NCBI GenBank assembly: GCA_965644265.1 | Contig: OZ286475.1 | Coordinates: 31,496,001 to 31,560,000 of the forward strand | Direction of reading: 5' to 3' | Source of the DNA: Glycera tridactyla | Taxonomy: Eukaryota | Length of the DNA stretch: 64,000 nucleotides | In this document: piece after piece, positions 40,867 through 55,233 of the stretch | Position numbering within the stretch: the stretch's first letter is position 1 | Layout of the letters: each line of letters starts with the position of its first letter | The notes under the pieces: generated by a model | Seen by the model: only the letters and a program-made list of their open reading frames with translations | Databases searched by the model: none | Told to the model about the DNA's origin: nothing | Position numbers and translations under genes: made by a program

Positions 40867-43800
40867 ACAGCTGCAACATGTGCAGAATAAACACCCATCT
40901 CACCTCCCCATCTCCAGAGACCAGCTGTAACATGTGCTGAATGGACACCAATCTCCTCTCCCCATCTCCGGAGACCAGCTGTAACATGTGCTGAATGAAC
41001 ACCCATCTCCTCTCCCCATCTCCGGACACCAGCTGTAACATGTGCTGAATGAACACCCATCTCCACTCCCCACCTCGAGAGACCATCTGTAACATGTGCT
41101 GAATAAACACCCATTTCCTCTCCCCACCTCCGGAGACCAGCTGTAACATGTGCTGAATGAACACCCATCTCCTCTCCCCACCTCCACAGACCAGCTGTGA
41201 CATGTGCTGAATGAACACCCATCTCCCCTCCCAACCTCCGGAGACCAGCTGTAACATGTGCTGAATGAACACCCATCTCCACTCCCCACCTCCAGAGACC
41301 AGCTGGAACATGTGCTGAATGAACACCCATTTCTCCTCCCCACCTCCAGAGACCAGCTGTAACATGTGCTGAATGAACACCCATCTCCTCTCCCCATCTC
41401 CGGAGACCAGCTGTAACATGTGCTGAATGAACACCCATCTCCACTCCCCACCTCCAGAGACCAGCTGTAACATGTGCTGAATAAACACCCATCTCATCTC
41501 CCCACCTCCAAGGACCAGCTGTAACATGTGCTGAATGAACACCCATCTCCCCTCCCCATCTCCGGAGACCAGCTGTAACATGTGCTGAATGAACACCCAT
41601 CTCCCCTCCCCATCTCCAGAGACCAGCTGTAACATGTGCTGAATGAACACCCATCTCCTCTCCCTACCTCCACAGACCAGCTGTAACATGTGCTGAATAA
41701 ACACCCATCTCTTCTCCCCACCTCAAGAGACAGGCTGTAACATGTGCTGAATGAACACACATCTCCACTCCCCACCTTCAGAGACCAGCTGTAACATGTG
41801 CTGAATGAACACCCACCTCCTCTGCCCACCTCCAGAGACCAGCTGTAACATTTGCTGAATAAACACCCATATCCACTCCCCACCTCCACAGACCAGCTGT
41901 AACACGTGCTGAATGAACACCCATCTCCCCTCCCAACCTCCAGAGACCAGCTGTAACATGTGCTGAATAAACACCCATCTCTCCTCCCAACCTCCGGAGA
42001 CCAGCTCTAACATGTGCTGAATGAACACCCATCTCTTCTCCCTACCTCCACAGACCAGCTGTAACATGTGCTGAATAAACACCCATCTCTTCTCCCCACC
42101 TCAAGAGACAGGCTGTAACATGTGCTGAATGAACACACATCTCCACTCCCCACCTTCAGAGACCAGCTGTAACATGTGCTGAATGAACACCCACCTCCTC
42201 TCCCCACCTCCAGAGACCAGCTGTAACATTTGCTGAATAAACACCCATATCCACTCCCCACCTCCACAGACCAGCTGTAACATGTGCTGAATGAACACCC
42301 ATCTCCCCTCCCAACCTCAAGAGACCAGCTGTAACATGTGCTGAATAAACACCCATCTCCTCTCCCAACCTCCGGAGACCAGCTCTAACATGTGCTGAAA
42401 AAACACCCATCTCCTCTCCCTACCTCCACAGACCAGCTGTAACATGTGCTGAATAAACACCCATCTCTTCTCCCCACCTCAAGAGACAGGCTGTAACATG
42501 TGCTGAATGAACACACATCACCACTCCCCACCTTCAGAGACCAGCTGTAACATGTGATGAATGAACACCCACCTCCTCTCCCCACCTCCAGAGACCAGCT
42601 GTAACATCTGCTGAATAAACACCCATATCCACTCCCCACCTCCACAGACCAGCTGTAACATGTGCTGAATGAACACCCATCTCCCCTCCCAACCTCCAGA
42701 GACCAGCTGTAACATGTGCTGAATAAACACCCATCTCTCCTCCCAACCTCCGGAGACCAGCTCTAACATGTGCTGAAAAAACACCCATCTCCCCTCCCCA
42801 CCTCCACAGACCAGCTGTAACATGTGCTGAAAAAACACCCATCTCCCCTCCCCACCTCCGGAGACCAGCTGTAACATGTGCTGAAAAAACACCCATCTCC
42901 CCTCCCCACCTCCGGAGACCAGCTAGAACATGTGCTGAATGAACACCCATCTCTCCTCCCAATCTCCGGAGACCAGCTGTAACATGTGCTGAATGAACTA
43001 ACATCTCCACTCCCCACCTCCAGAGACCAGCTGGAACATGTGCTGAATAAACACCCATCTCTCCTCCCACCTCCAGAGACCAGCTGTAACATGTGCTGAA
43101 TAAACACCCATCTCCTCTCCCCACCTCCAGAGACCAGCTGCAACATGTGCTGAATAAACACCCATCTCCTCTCCCACCTCCTCAGACCAGCTGTAACATG
43201 TGCTGAACAAACACCCATCTCCTCTCCCCACCTCCAGAGACCAGCTGTAACATCTGCTGAATAAACACCCATATCCACTCCCCACCTCCACAGACCAGCT
43301 GTAATATGTGCTGAATGAACACCCATCTCCCCTCCCAACCTCCAGAGACCAGCTGTAACATGTGCTGAATAAACACCCATCTCTCCTCCCAACCTCCGGA
43401 GACCAGCTCCAACATGTGCTGAAAAAACACCCATCTCCCCTCCCAACCTCCACAGACCAGCTGTAACATGTGCTGAATGAACACTCATCTCCCCTCCCCA
43501 CCTCAGGAGACCAGCTGTAACATGTGCTGAATGAACACCCATTTCCTCTCCCCACCTCCGGAGACCAGCTGTAACATGTGCTGAATGAACACCCATCTCC
43601 TCTCCCCACCTCCACAGACCAGCTGTGACATGTGCTGAATGAACACCCATCTCCCCTCCCAACCTCCGGAGACCAGCTGTAACATGTGCTGAATGAACAC
43701 CCATCTCCACTCCCCACCTCCAGAGACCAGCTGGAACATGTGCTGAATGAACACCCATTTCTCCTCCCCACCTCCAGAGACCAGCTGTAACATGTGCTGA

Positions 43801-46572
43801 ATGAACACCCATCTCCTCTCCCCATCTCCGGAGACCAGCTGTAACATGTGCTGAATGAACACCCATCTCCACTCCCCACCTCCAGAGACCAGCTGTAACA
43901 TGTGCTGAATAAACACCCATCTCATCTCCCCACCTCCAAGGACCAGCTGTAACATGTGCTGAATGAACACCCATCTCCCCTCCCCATCTCCGGAGACCAG
44001 CTGTAACATGTGCTGAATGAACACCCATCTCCCCTCCCCATCTCCAGAGACCAGCTGTAACATGTGCTGAATGAACACCCATCTCCTCTCCCTACCTCCA
44101 CAGACCAGCTGTAACATGTGCTGAATAAAGACCCATCTCTTCTCCCCACCTCAAGAGACAGGCTGTAACATGTGCTGAATGAACACACATCTCCACTCCC
44201 CACCTTCAGAGACCAGCTGTAACATGTGCTGAATGAACACCCACCTCCTCTGCCCACCTCCAGAGACCAGCTGTAACATTTGCTGAATAAACACCCATAT
44301 CCACTCCCCACCTCCACAGACCAGCTGTAACACGTGCTGAATGAACACCCATCTCCCCTCCCAACCTCCAGAGACCAGCTGTAACATGTGCTGAATAAAC
44401 ACCCATCTCTCCTCCCAACCTCCGGAGACCAGCTCTAACATGTGCTGAATGAACACCCATCTCTTCTCCCTACCTCCACAGACCAGCTGTAACATGTGCT
44501 GAATAAACACCCATCTCTTCTCCCCACCTCAAGAGACAGGCTGTAACATGTGCTGAATGAACACACATCTCCACTCCCCACCTTCAGAGACCAGCTGTAA
44601 CATGTGCTGAATGAACACCCACCTCCTCTCCCCACCTCCAGAGACCAGCTGTAACATTTGCTGAATAAACACCCATATCCACTCCCCACCTCCACAGACC
44701 AGCTGTAACATGTGCTGAATGAACACCCATCTCCCCTCCCAACCTCCAGAGACCAGCTGTAACATGTGCTGAATAAACACCCATCTCCTCTCCCAACCTC
44801 CGGAGACCAGCTCTAACATGTGCTGAAAAAACACCCATCTCCTCTCCCTACCTCCACAGACCAGCTGTAACATGTGCTGAATAAACACCCATCTCTTCTC
44901 CCCACCTCAAGAGACAGGCTGTAACATGTGCTGAATGAACACACATCACCACTCCCCACCTTCAGAGACCAGCTGTAACATGTGATGAATGAACACCCAC
45001 CTCCTCTCCCCACCTCCAGAGACCAGCTGTAACATCTGCTGAATAAACACCCATATCCACTCCCCACCTCCACAGACCAGCTGTAACATGTGCTGAATGA
45101 ACACCCATCTCCCCTCCCAACCTCCAGAGACCAGCTGTAACATGTGCTGAATAAACACCCATCTCTCCTCCCAACCTCCGGAGACCAGCTCTAACATGTG
45201 CTGAAAAAACACCCATCTCCCCTCCCCACCTCCACAGACCAGCTGTAACATGTGCTGAAAAAACACCCATCTCCCCTCCCCACCTCCGGAGACCAGCTGT
45301 AACATGTGCTGAAAAAACACCCATCTCCCCTCCCCACCTCCGGAGACCAGCTAGAACATGTGCTGAATGAACACCCATCTCTCCTCCCAATCTCCGGAGA
45401 CCAGCTGTAACATGTGCTGAATGAACTAACATCTCCACTCCCCACCTCCAGAGACCAGCTGGAACATGTGCTGAATAAACACCCATCTCTCCTCCCACCT
45501 CCAGAGACCAGCTGTAACATGTGCTGAATAAACACCCATATCCACTCCCCACCTCCAGAGACCAGCTGTAACATGTGCTGAATAAACACCCATCTCCTCT
45601 CCCACCTCCTCAGACCAGCTGTAACATGTGCTGAACAAACACCCATCTCCTCTCCCCACCTCCAGAGACCAGCTGTAACATCTGCTGAATAAACACCCAT
45701 ATCCACTCCCCACCTCCACAGACCAGCTGTAATATGTGCTGAATGAACACCCATCTCCCCTCCCAACCTCCAGAGACCAGCTGTAACATGTGCTGAATAA
45801 ACACCCATCTCTCCTCCCAACCTCCGGAGACCAGCTCTAACATGTGCTGAAAAAACACCCATCTCCCCTCCCAACCTCCACAGACCAGCTGTAACATGTG
45901 CTGAATGAACACTCATCTCCCCTCCCCACCTCAGGAGACCAGCTGTAACATGTGCTGAATGAACACCCATCTCCACTCCCGACCTCCAGAGACCAGCTAG
46001 AACATGTGCTGAATGAACACCCATCTCTCCTCCCAATCTACGGAGACCAGCTGTAACATGTGCTGAATGAACACACATCTCCACTCCCCACCTCCAGAGA
46101 CAAGCTGGAACATGTGCTGAATAAACACCAATCTCTCCTCCCACCTCCAGAGACCAGCTGTAACATGTGCTGAATGAACACCCATCTCCTCTCCCCACCT
46201 CCAGAGACCAGCTGTAACATGTGCTGAATAAACACCCATCTCCTCTCCCACCTCCTCAGACCAGCTGTAACATGTGCTGAACAAACACCCATATCCACTC
46301 CCCACCTCCACAGACCTGCTGTAACATGTGCTGAATGAACACCAATCTCCTCTCCCCACCTCCAGAGACCAGCTGTAACATGTGTTGAATAAACACCCAT
46401 CTCCCCTCCCCACCTCCGGAGACCAGCTGGAACATGTGCTGAATGAACACCCATCTCCCCTTCCATCTCTGGAGACCAGCTGTAACATGTGCTGAATGGA
46501 CACCCATCTGCTTTCCCCACCTCCGGAAACCAGCTGTAACATGTGCTGAACAAACATCCACCCTCAGAGACA
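40867..46572. repeat. 54-bp minisatellite (~105 monomers) with 378-bp and 2428-bp higher-order periods
   Basis: GAGACCAGCTGTAACATGTGCTGAATGAACACCCATCTCCCCTCCCCACCTCCG monomer. Variant monomers recur at offsets 378 and 2428 (ORFs 41778/44206, 42518/44946, 43182/45610). Confidence 0.97.
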
Positions 46573-47330
46573 ACCCTGCACATCAACAACAACACTCAAT
46601 CTATTTTCCCAACATTTCAGCACAATTTGTTGGACTTCTTGTGAACACCACGCCGAAGAAAGTAATGAAAGTGTGTTCATGGGCGCGTTCATGCTCAGAG
46701 CAGGTGGTTTATAATGATCAAGAATGCGAAGGCGTGTACTGGAAATCGATGCCTAAATATCATGCATAGAATGAGCTTTAGCTTGAATCTGAATGTAATA
46801 AATGGTGAGATGTTCCAAGTATGCATGCCTACAGAAAAAAATTAAGGAACACTTAGATAGTTTTCTCATTGTGCAATTATGTGGTTGTTATACATAGTTA
46901 TACATCTATACTTGGAGAGAGGTATTTCTATTTCTACCTTTGTTCTTCCCTGTCTCGTTATCATTGTTTCTTTGGAACAGTGATTATCCAATGTCCACTA
47001 CATAGTAAAAGTGAAAGATGTGTACTAATTGCATGAATAATTATCATACCTGAGTGGGTTAGGCTAGATATATACATGTAACACGGTCACAAACACGGGT
47101 CATCATTTCATTCATTCATTTCACTTCTTGCTCACAGAGTATCAGAATATCGTATTGCATAAGTAATATGATTACATTGATACTATCATAAAGTTTCGAA
47201 TGTCACCGGTTATGTATGCATTTGGTTACTTATGCAATTCGTATTTGTCGTTATGGAAACGCGCCCGCTTGGAAGCATAATTCCATGGAAAGCCATCAAT
47301 GTCAAATTAGGATGCGTACTATGCTAATAC

Positions 47331-47625
47331 GTTAGCATGCTAACGGAGGAGAATGCTGACAAGTTAGCATGCTAACGCGGGAGAATGCTGACAAGTTAGC
47401 ATGCTAACGGAGGAGAATGCTGACAAGTTAGCATGCTAACGGAGGAGAATGCTGACAAGTTAGCATGCTAACGGAGGAGAATGCTGACAAGTTAGCATGC
47501 TAACGGAGGAGAATGCTGACAAGTTAGCATTCTAACACGTAGGAATTCTCACGCGTTAGAATTCTAACTTGTGAGCATTCTAACACGTAGGAATTCTCAC
47601 GCGTTAGAATTCTAACTTGTGAGCA
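47331..47625. repeat. 32-bp tandem repeat built on a GTTAGCATGCTAAC palindrome
   Basis: GTTAGCATGCTAACGGAGGAGAATGCTGACAA x6, then related GTTAGAATTCTAAC units. Confidence 0.9.
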
Positions 47626-49870
47626 CTCATATATTGCTATCGCCTGACAATTCTACAATATCACAAAATTACCCTGTGAAGAGGCCTCTTCCTCCCAAGC
47701 TTATATGCTTCTTGGATCAATCACATAGGAGCCGAGGCGATTTATCTTATCCCAAGATGCTCGAAATTACCGCTATGCCGGTGCCGGCATCTAATTCGGA
47801 TTAACTGGAATGAGCTTTGAAATACTTGTATCTAGTTTGGTATATCAAGTCAGTGTCACCTACCAGCAACACAGGTTAATAGCAGCCATCAATCGTTCGT
47901 CCTCATCACTTTCACGGCGCTTTGGCGCCATTGTTCTACGTCGTAAATCTGAAATCGTCTGGCATTCGGGTCTTAACTGATATCGCTCACGAAGCTAATT
48001 GGGCGAAGTGTTGACTCTAACTGAATGATCTTGAGAAACTTTGGTCAAAATTCTGAAGTTTAGAGTGTATTTGCATGCGTTGGTCTCCAATTTCGGTTGG
48101 AAGCTCGGTACTACAGAATCTCGAAATCATCAACCTTGATAGATTCAATGGTTGGTATTGTTTCACTCGGGCAATCTCAGACAATATCTAATACATTTAT
48201 CACTCAAATGAACACGTTAAATTCCAAACAACTGACATGATTATGTGATGGACACGGCGACTTCCATCACCTCGATTGATCTCAGTTTCTGAGAGGAGGT
48301 GTGAGCAGGCGGACTGATACAAGGGAGGGACGGTGATTTGTCCTGTGTGCTCATCACGTTAACTCCATCAGCAATCAGACGGGATCAGGCTTCACACAAG
48401 GATAATCTCATAAACCTCGTGCAGCAACCCACCTCAGTTTGATTCATGAACCCGGGTTTACTCATGTTTGGGTAGCTTCCAGCTCGTCCTCAAGATCAAT
48501 GCTTTTCGAAACATTTATAAAGCAAGCTCTTGGCCACACTGGCTGTGTCTGCTTGGGTCTACTTGGAGACAGCAATTTCATCTCTCCCTCTGATATTGCA
48601 ATGAATTCAAGTTCTTTGAATAATATCCAAGTGTGATCAATCTTTATCTCCGCTCAAACTAAACTATCTTGGTGAAAATTGAGAATGGTGTGCTCACACC
48701 ATTAAAACCACGAATGTACGTAACAAATTGTATGAACTTGGCAATGAGTTGTATGATGTGAATTTAAACGAACTTACCGAGTGTAGGTTTAGATACATTA
48801 TTAAAGCACTTCTCAGTTCGATAGAGCTAATATGAATAGAAGTCGGCGCATGTGCGAGTCACATTTGGAAGCTGTAGGCGGCACTTGTGCAGACAGGAGA
48901 AGAGATAATATCCCGGGTGGGCAGCTTGAGCGGAGTGAGGATATTAACTCTATCCCCTATCAAACTGAGAGATGCTTTACTGTCGCATAATGTATCTCAA
49001 CCTACACTAGATAGCACTTCTCAGTTTGTACGATCTAGTATGAATGTTGGAAGCTACCCACAAGTGCTGACTGAAAATCGTCATGTCATGTGGGCTGGTG
49101 GTGTATGACCAATCTTTTGTTCCTTCCATCCCACCCCCATCACTTGATGAGCTCTGGTCTTACTCATGCACCCTAGGTCTCGAGGTTATCCTCCTGTCAT
49201 GGTCCTCGAGAGGTGTATGTTCCTCATTTGCTGCGCCATCCTTTAGATGAATTAGACGTTCGCCAAATGCCCTTTAGAGTCTCATTTCCAACATGAAAAT
49301 CGCAGAGACTTCCTCACATAAACAAGACTGGTACATGTGGGAGGTATGTCTTCTACTACCAGTTCTGACAGCAATCCGTCCTCCCTTCACAACATATTTT
49401 AGAACCTTCTCAGTTATATCAATTATACTGTTATTGTTAATTCTGACATTATTCCTATTATTAATATAGATTGATCCATTACTATGTAATGTCGGCTATT
49501 ATTCTCAGGGAGTTGGTCAGAAGTTGTTGCAATAAACGAGTCCGCCAACGGCGTTGATTAGACACAGCATTTTGAGTGTTGTGTTCTGTCTGATTTCCAC
49601 TGGTACGTGGTAGAACAATTTTTGCGAGTTACATCCGTTGAAATCTTTCAAAAAGGCCATGCAAATCTGAAAACATTTTTGTGTATTGTTTCTATCAAAA
49701 ACAACCGATTTCTAAAGAATATCCCAGTGTCCCTCAACTTATTAGATGAACACTGTTTATATCGTTTCTGGGTTATATTTGGTGACGTAATCATCAGCCA
49801 ACCGACTGTGGTACTTGTTGCGTTGTTCATGAACATCCTGTACAGTTCGGTAACGGGTCGAGTTACACTT

Positions 49871-51110
49871 AAAAAGGCGATCAAGGCATCAGGCTCATGC
49901 CAGCTGTTGGCTATAGCGCCCTAGCTGAAAAAGTCATCAGGGCATTAGGCTCATACCAGCTGTTGGCTATAGCGCCCTAGCTGAAAAAGCAATCAGGGAT
50001 TCAGGCTCATATCAGCTGTTGGCTATAGCACCCTAGCTGAAAAAGTGATCAGGGCATTAGGCTCATACCAGCTGTTGGCTATAGCGCCCTAGCTGAAAAA
50101 AACGATCAGGGCATCAGGCTCATACCAGGTGTTGGCTATAGCGCCCTAGCTGAAAAAGCGATCAAGGCATCAGGCTCATCCCAGCTGTTGGCTATAGCGC
50201 CCTAGCTGAAAAAGCGATCAGGGCATCAGGCTCATACCAGGTGTTGGCTATAGCGCCCTAGCTGAAAAAGAGATCAGGGCATCAGGCTTATACCAGGTGT
50301 TGGCTATAGCGCCCTAGCTGAAAAAGAGATCAGGGCATCAGGCTCATACCAGGTGTTGGCTATAGCGCCCTAGCTGAAAAAGAGGTCAGGCCATCAGGCT
50401 CATACCAGCTGTTGGCTATAGCGCCCTAGCTGAAAAAGTGATCAGGGCATTAGGCTCATACCAGCTGTTGGCTATAGCGCCCTAGCTGAAAAAGCGATCA
50501 GGGCATTAGGCTCATACCAGCTGTTGGCTATAGCGCCCTAGCTGAAAAAGTGATCAGGGCATTAGGCTCATACCAGCTGTTGGCTATAGCGCCCTAGCTG
50601 AAAAAGCGATCAGGGCATCAGGCTCATACCAGCTGTTGGCTATAGCGCCCTAGCTGAAAAAGCAATCAGGGCATCAGGCTCATACCAGCTGTTGGCTATA
50701 GCGCCCTAGCTGAAAAAGAGATCAGGGCATCAGGCTCATACCACCTGTTGGCTATAGCGCCCTAGCTGAAAAAGCGATCAGGGCATCAGGCTCATACCAG
50801 CTGTTGGCTATAGCGCCCTAGCTGAAAAAGCGATCAGGGCATCAGGCTCATACCAGCTGTTGGCTATAGCGCCCTAGCTGAAAAAGCGATCAGGGCATCA
50901 GGCTCATACCAGGTGTTGGCTATAGCGCCCTAGCTGAAAAAAAGATCAGGGCATCAGGCTCATACCACCTGTTGGCTATAGCGCCCTAGCTGAAAAAAAG
51001 ATCAGGGCATCAGGCTCATACCAGGTGTTGGCTATAGCGCCCTAGCTGAAAAAGCGATCAGGGCATCAGGCTCATACCAGCTGTTGGCTATAGCGCCCTA
51101 GCTGAAAAAG
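49871..51110. repeat. 56-bp tandem repeat (~22 copies)
   Basis: GCATCAGGCTCATACCAGCTGTTGGCTATAGCGCCCTAGCTGAAAAAGCGATCAGG; degenerate copies continue to ~51230. Confidence 0.95.
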
Positions 51111-52298
51111 AGCTCATGACATCCGACTCATACCAGGAGTCGTCTATAGCACCTTAGACTAAAAAGAGTGATCACGACATTGGACTCATGTAGGGTGTCA
51201 CCTGTGACACCTTAAATGAAAAGAGAAATTGCGTAAACGACACCCAGATCATGCAATATGTCTTCTGCAACTCCTTAATAGGAATCCGTGCAAACATCAC
51301 TGATTATGGTACTAGTCATGTTGATCAGATAAGACTGCGTAAACATCACCGCCTATGGTACTTGTCGCATTGATTATCAATGTCCTGTACAGCTCGGCAC
51401 TAGTTCTAGTAACAACTAACATAAATCTCCATATTGAATCATGTGAATTATTCTAATGGACTACCCGACGCATCAATTAATGTTTCTCCATGCTGTTCCA
51501 TGGGGACAGAGATTCCTCCGGTACTCCCCTTCAGTATCATTAGTATCTATGGCTCGGTGCTCAACTATTGACAGAGCACGCTTATCAATCAGTTATGGTC
51601 AACTTCCTGTTTCATCATCCAATTATCATGTTCCCCAACGTATCCGTGATCCGTTAAAGTAACGGAATTCCCACAGGAAATCCCGGCTCCGGTATCCTGA
51701 GCCCGACAATCGCCAGAATCATACACAGTTCCTCAGTCACATCTCTTCATTTCTGTCTGTCCTTTCCATCTATTTATCGCCTTGGCACTGCCCTCGAGTC
51801 AGTGAAATGTCAGTCATCGGCATTAGGCCCTCTGTCGTATACACATCCACCATTTCACCTGGAAACGGATAGCAAAATTCATTACTACCATTATTTCCAA
51901 ACAGCAGTGACAAAGCTTGCGTGTTCTTACACCTCCTTCTGATAGAATTTTCTGAACGCATCTTCTTTGCTCCAGTCTGCAGCCTTCATCACAAGTTCTA
52001 CTGCGAGGGAATTTACTGCCTTGGATGTAGCTGCCGCCCTGTGGAGTGTGCAGTAAAGATCCAGGTATCTATACCCGCCCATTTTAGGCCCTTCTTGATC
52101 CATCTGCTCACAGTGGCGCCCTTTGCTGCCCTGTAAGGGGGGTGGATGTGATAAACAAGGAGTTAGACTTCCTAAGGCTGGCTGTGGCCTTCAGATATGC
52201 TAAAACAGTTTATCTGACGCAAATGCGCTTGTCCACAGATGCCGCTAAATGCAGTGTCGGTGTGGCTTTGCCCTGCTTTGTTTGTTTGAGTTTGCTGT

Positions 52299-52988
52299 CT
52301 ATTTGACAACAGATAAGTTTTCCTTGATAGACATATATGAAATATCTAAGGCCGTAATCGTTTGAACCCGCTGGCTTGAGGCAAGTGCAATTAACAATGC
52401 TGTTTTATGACTAAGTTGTATGCGTGACAATTCCTCATTCCGAGCCCCATTTTTCAAGTATTCTAATACTACAGATGGATCCCAGATGCTCTCTGTTTTT
52501 AATTTGGTGGGCGTGGACTGCGCAACTGCCTTCATGAATTTCTCAATTCTCGGTCCTGCTAACTTAGTATCACCTGCCAATTCTATTAGATTTGTGACCG
52601 CAGCCCTCGCAGTGAGTACTGTGCTGAATGACTTATTCATCGTCGCGAACGTGCCCCAAAAATTGATCACTGATTCCGTCGAGGGGTTCAATGGCTCTTC
52701 CCCTGTCTCAGCCACAAAACTGAACCACTTCCACAGGTAAGTCACGTATTGTCTCTGGGTACTAGGTAACCAAGCTTTACAAATCAAGTCTTGGACATCT
52801 TGGGAGAGGCCAGACTGTTGGAAGGCTTTGCCGATATAAGATTGGAAAGGAGGCAGAGGTTCTGCCACAGAGGATGTATGAGGGTGGGATCTCCCGGCAT
52901 TGTGAGCGTGTACCTGGAGTACTGGAAGCAGAACGGCTGTGCGATCCGCATTCTCGTCACCTTCGCAATCCAAGTTGATGTTGACCAC
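52299..52988 (-). pseudogene. DIRS tyrosine recombinase, N-terminal part (continues frameshifted to ~51930)
   Basis: STQRQYVTYLWKWF, IWDPSVVLEYL, KTALLIALASSQRVQTI. Confidence 0.85.
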
Positions 52989-55233
52989 TCTGGTGTCACC
53001 AGGATGACAGTGATCTGCTCCTGCTCCTTCTTCTGCAGGACGGCTGGGATGACACTGAAAGGACAGAAAACATAGGGTAAGTCAAACTCTTTCCAAGAAT
53101 GATTCAGGGCATTGATAGCTATCGCCCCTTGGTCAAAATGGTAGGACATAAATTTGTCCAGCTGTTTGTTCACAATAGTCGCAAATAAATCAACATCCGG
53201 TTCAACACCCATAGCCCGGCACATTTCACGAAATTGACCTCTATCAAGCATCCACTCCAGTCGATCATCTGTTTCCCTACTCAGTGCATCTGCAGTTGTG
53301 TTTTCTAGGCCTGGGATATGTTCCGCCGTCAACCATATATTTCTCCCCATGGCCCAGTCCCAGATTTCATGTGCAATCCTGCAGCATATTTGTGACTCGG
53401 TCCCCCCCCCCCATTTTATCAATGTAGGAGACTGCCGTAGTATTGTCCAGTTGGAGCATGATATGGGCCTCCTGTTCATCAGACAGTAAGGCCAGCAATT
53501 CTTTCAATACACCCCACATTTCTTTCGCATTAATGTGCGCTACTGCCTCACCCTGTGACCATTAGTTCTTAGTGCACCACCCCACTTTAGTGTCGTGTTT
53601 CAAGATGGTGGCTCCCATCCTGCGTCTGATGCATCAGATTGCATGTATATTGAAATAGGGGCCACCGCTAACAGTCTGGGGTTGTGTTGCGCCCTGTGCA
53701 GCCACCAGTTAATTTCCTGGAAGGCCCCTGGTGAGAGTGTACATTTCTTGTTCAATTTCCCTGCATTGAGCGCCAGTGCTCGGTTCTTGTCCCCCTATTT
53801 ATGCAAATAGGCTGAATTAACGCCCGCCCTACATGATTCGATTGTGCCAGTGAATGTCATAACTTGCTTCATCGAGGGATTTGTGTACAGTGGCTGAGCC
53901 CTGTTAACCAGTTTCTCTCTGTTATGGCTGCAGTCATGTTCCTCATATCTATCCTGAAACCTAAATGTTCTAATACCTGTGTGGGTTCTGTCTGCGATTT
54001 GCCCAATTTAGATAGTAGGTCCACTTTGTCCTGAACTGCCCGTCTACAGTCCCGCAGTGAGGAGGCCGTAATAAACAAGTCTTCCAGGTATGGGCTCACA
54101 GTGTGTCCCTTGTTCTGCAGTTGTGAAATACCTGGTTTCATCACTTTCCTGAACAATCTAGGACCCATACTGAGTCCCATTGGGAGCATTACAAATTTGT
54201 ACATTCCCCCCCCCCCATGAATTTCAGGAATTCTGGGGCAATTCCTATCGTAATGTAGGCATCTTGCAAATCCAGTGCTGCCATGTATCCCCCACTATTC
54301 ACTTGTTGCATACAAGTGATGACTGTCGCCATCTTAAATCTACGGTAGACAATAAATTGTTTGATAGCTTTCAAGTTAATGATCATCCTATATTTCCCTT
54401 CCTCTTCCTTCTCACGCAAGAAGACAGTCGAGAAATAATCACCCTGTTCCTTTATTGTGGGTACAATGATCCCTTTAGAAATGAATTTCTCAATCTCCTT
54501 CACCAATTGAGGGGCCAGATCAGCCTTAACATTGGTTTCCACTATTTTGGTTTGTTTAGGAATTTCAATGAACTCAATTTCAATGCCGTTATGGATAGAA
54601 TCGTTTGGTCCGTAGTAATTTTCTCCCATTCTTCCACACACATCTTGGTTCCCCCTGCCACAAAAGATTGCCCCTTATTTGCGCGGGAAACCTCCTCGCT
54701 ACCTGTACTGCGATTGTCCTTGGGGAAAATGTTGGTATGACTGGTATTGTTGTTGTTGGTACGGCTGATATTCTTCTCTCGGCTGGAAGTGGGGAGGCCT
54801 CGGTGCACAGGACTGGGAGGTTGAACTTCGTTGGGACCCCCCCCCTACTGATTTTGAGTGCCAGTCGGGGTCCCCGGCCGACGCTGAGGCCCTAAAGAAG
54901 ACTGCGGAGCCCCCATCAGATCTTTAAGGACAGAATTTTCGAAAATCTTATCCAATTCGGGATCTGGATTGTCCCCTAGCAGCATCTTCCCAATTTTGTA
55001 GCATTCGTCTGTCAAAGGCTTGTAACCTTTCTCTATCGAGTCCCTTGTCAGTGCCCGTCTACCATGGGACCTCCTGGCGTTTGCCATACCCAAGAACATG
55101 AGGCTTTGGATGATCTTTTCCATCAGGACATCCCTATCCGGTAGTCTATACTGTCTCAACTCAGACGCCAGGTAGGCCAGGGGATCCAGGGCCTTGACTA
55201 ACGGCTGCTGAATCCGTTCTTTTGTCTGTTTTC

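Noticed and set aside
40632-46595. Many long minus-strand ORFs (up to 439 aa)
   Set aside because: Stop-free 54-bp monomers give ORFs in all three frames, and 53-bp monomers shift frame freely, arguing against coding selection.
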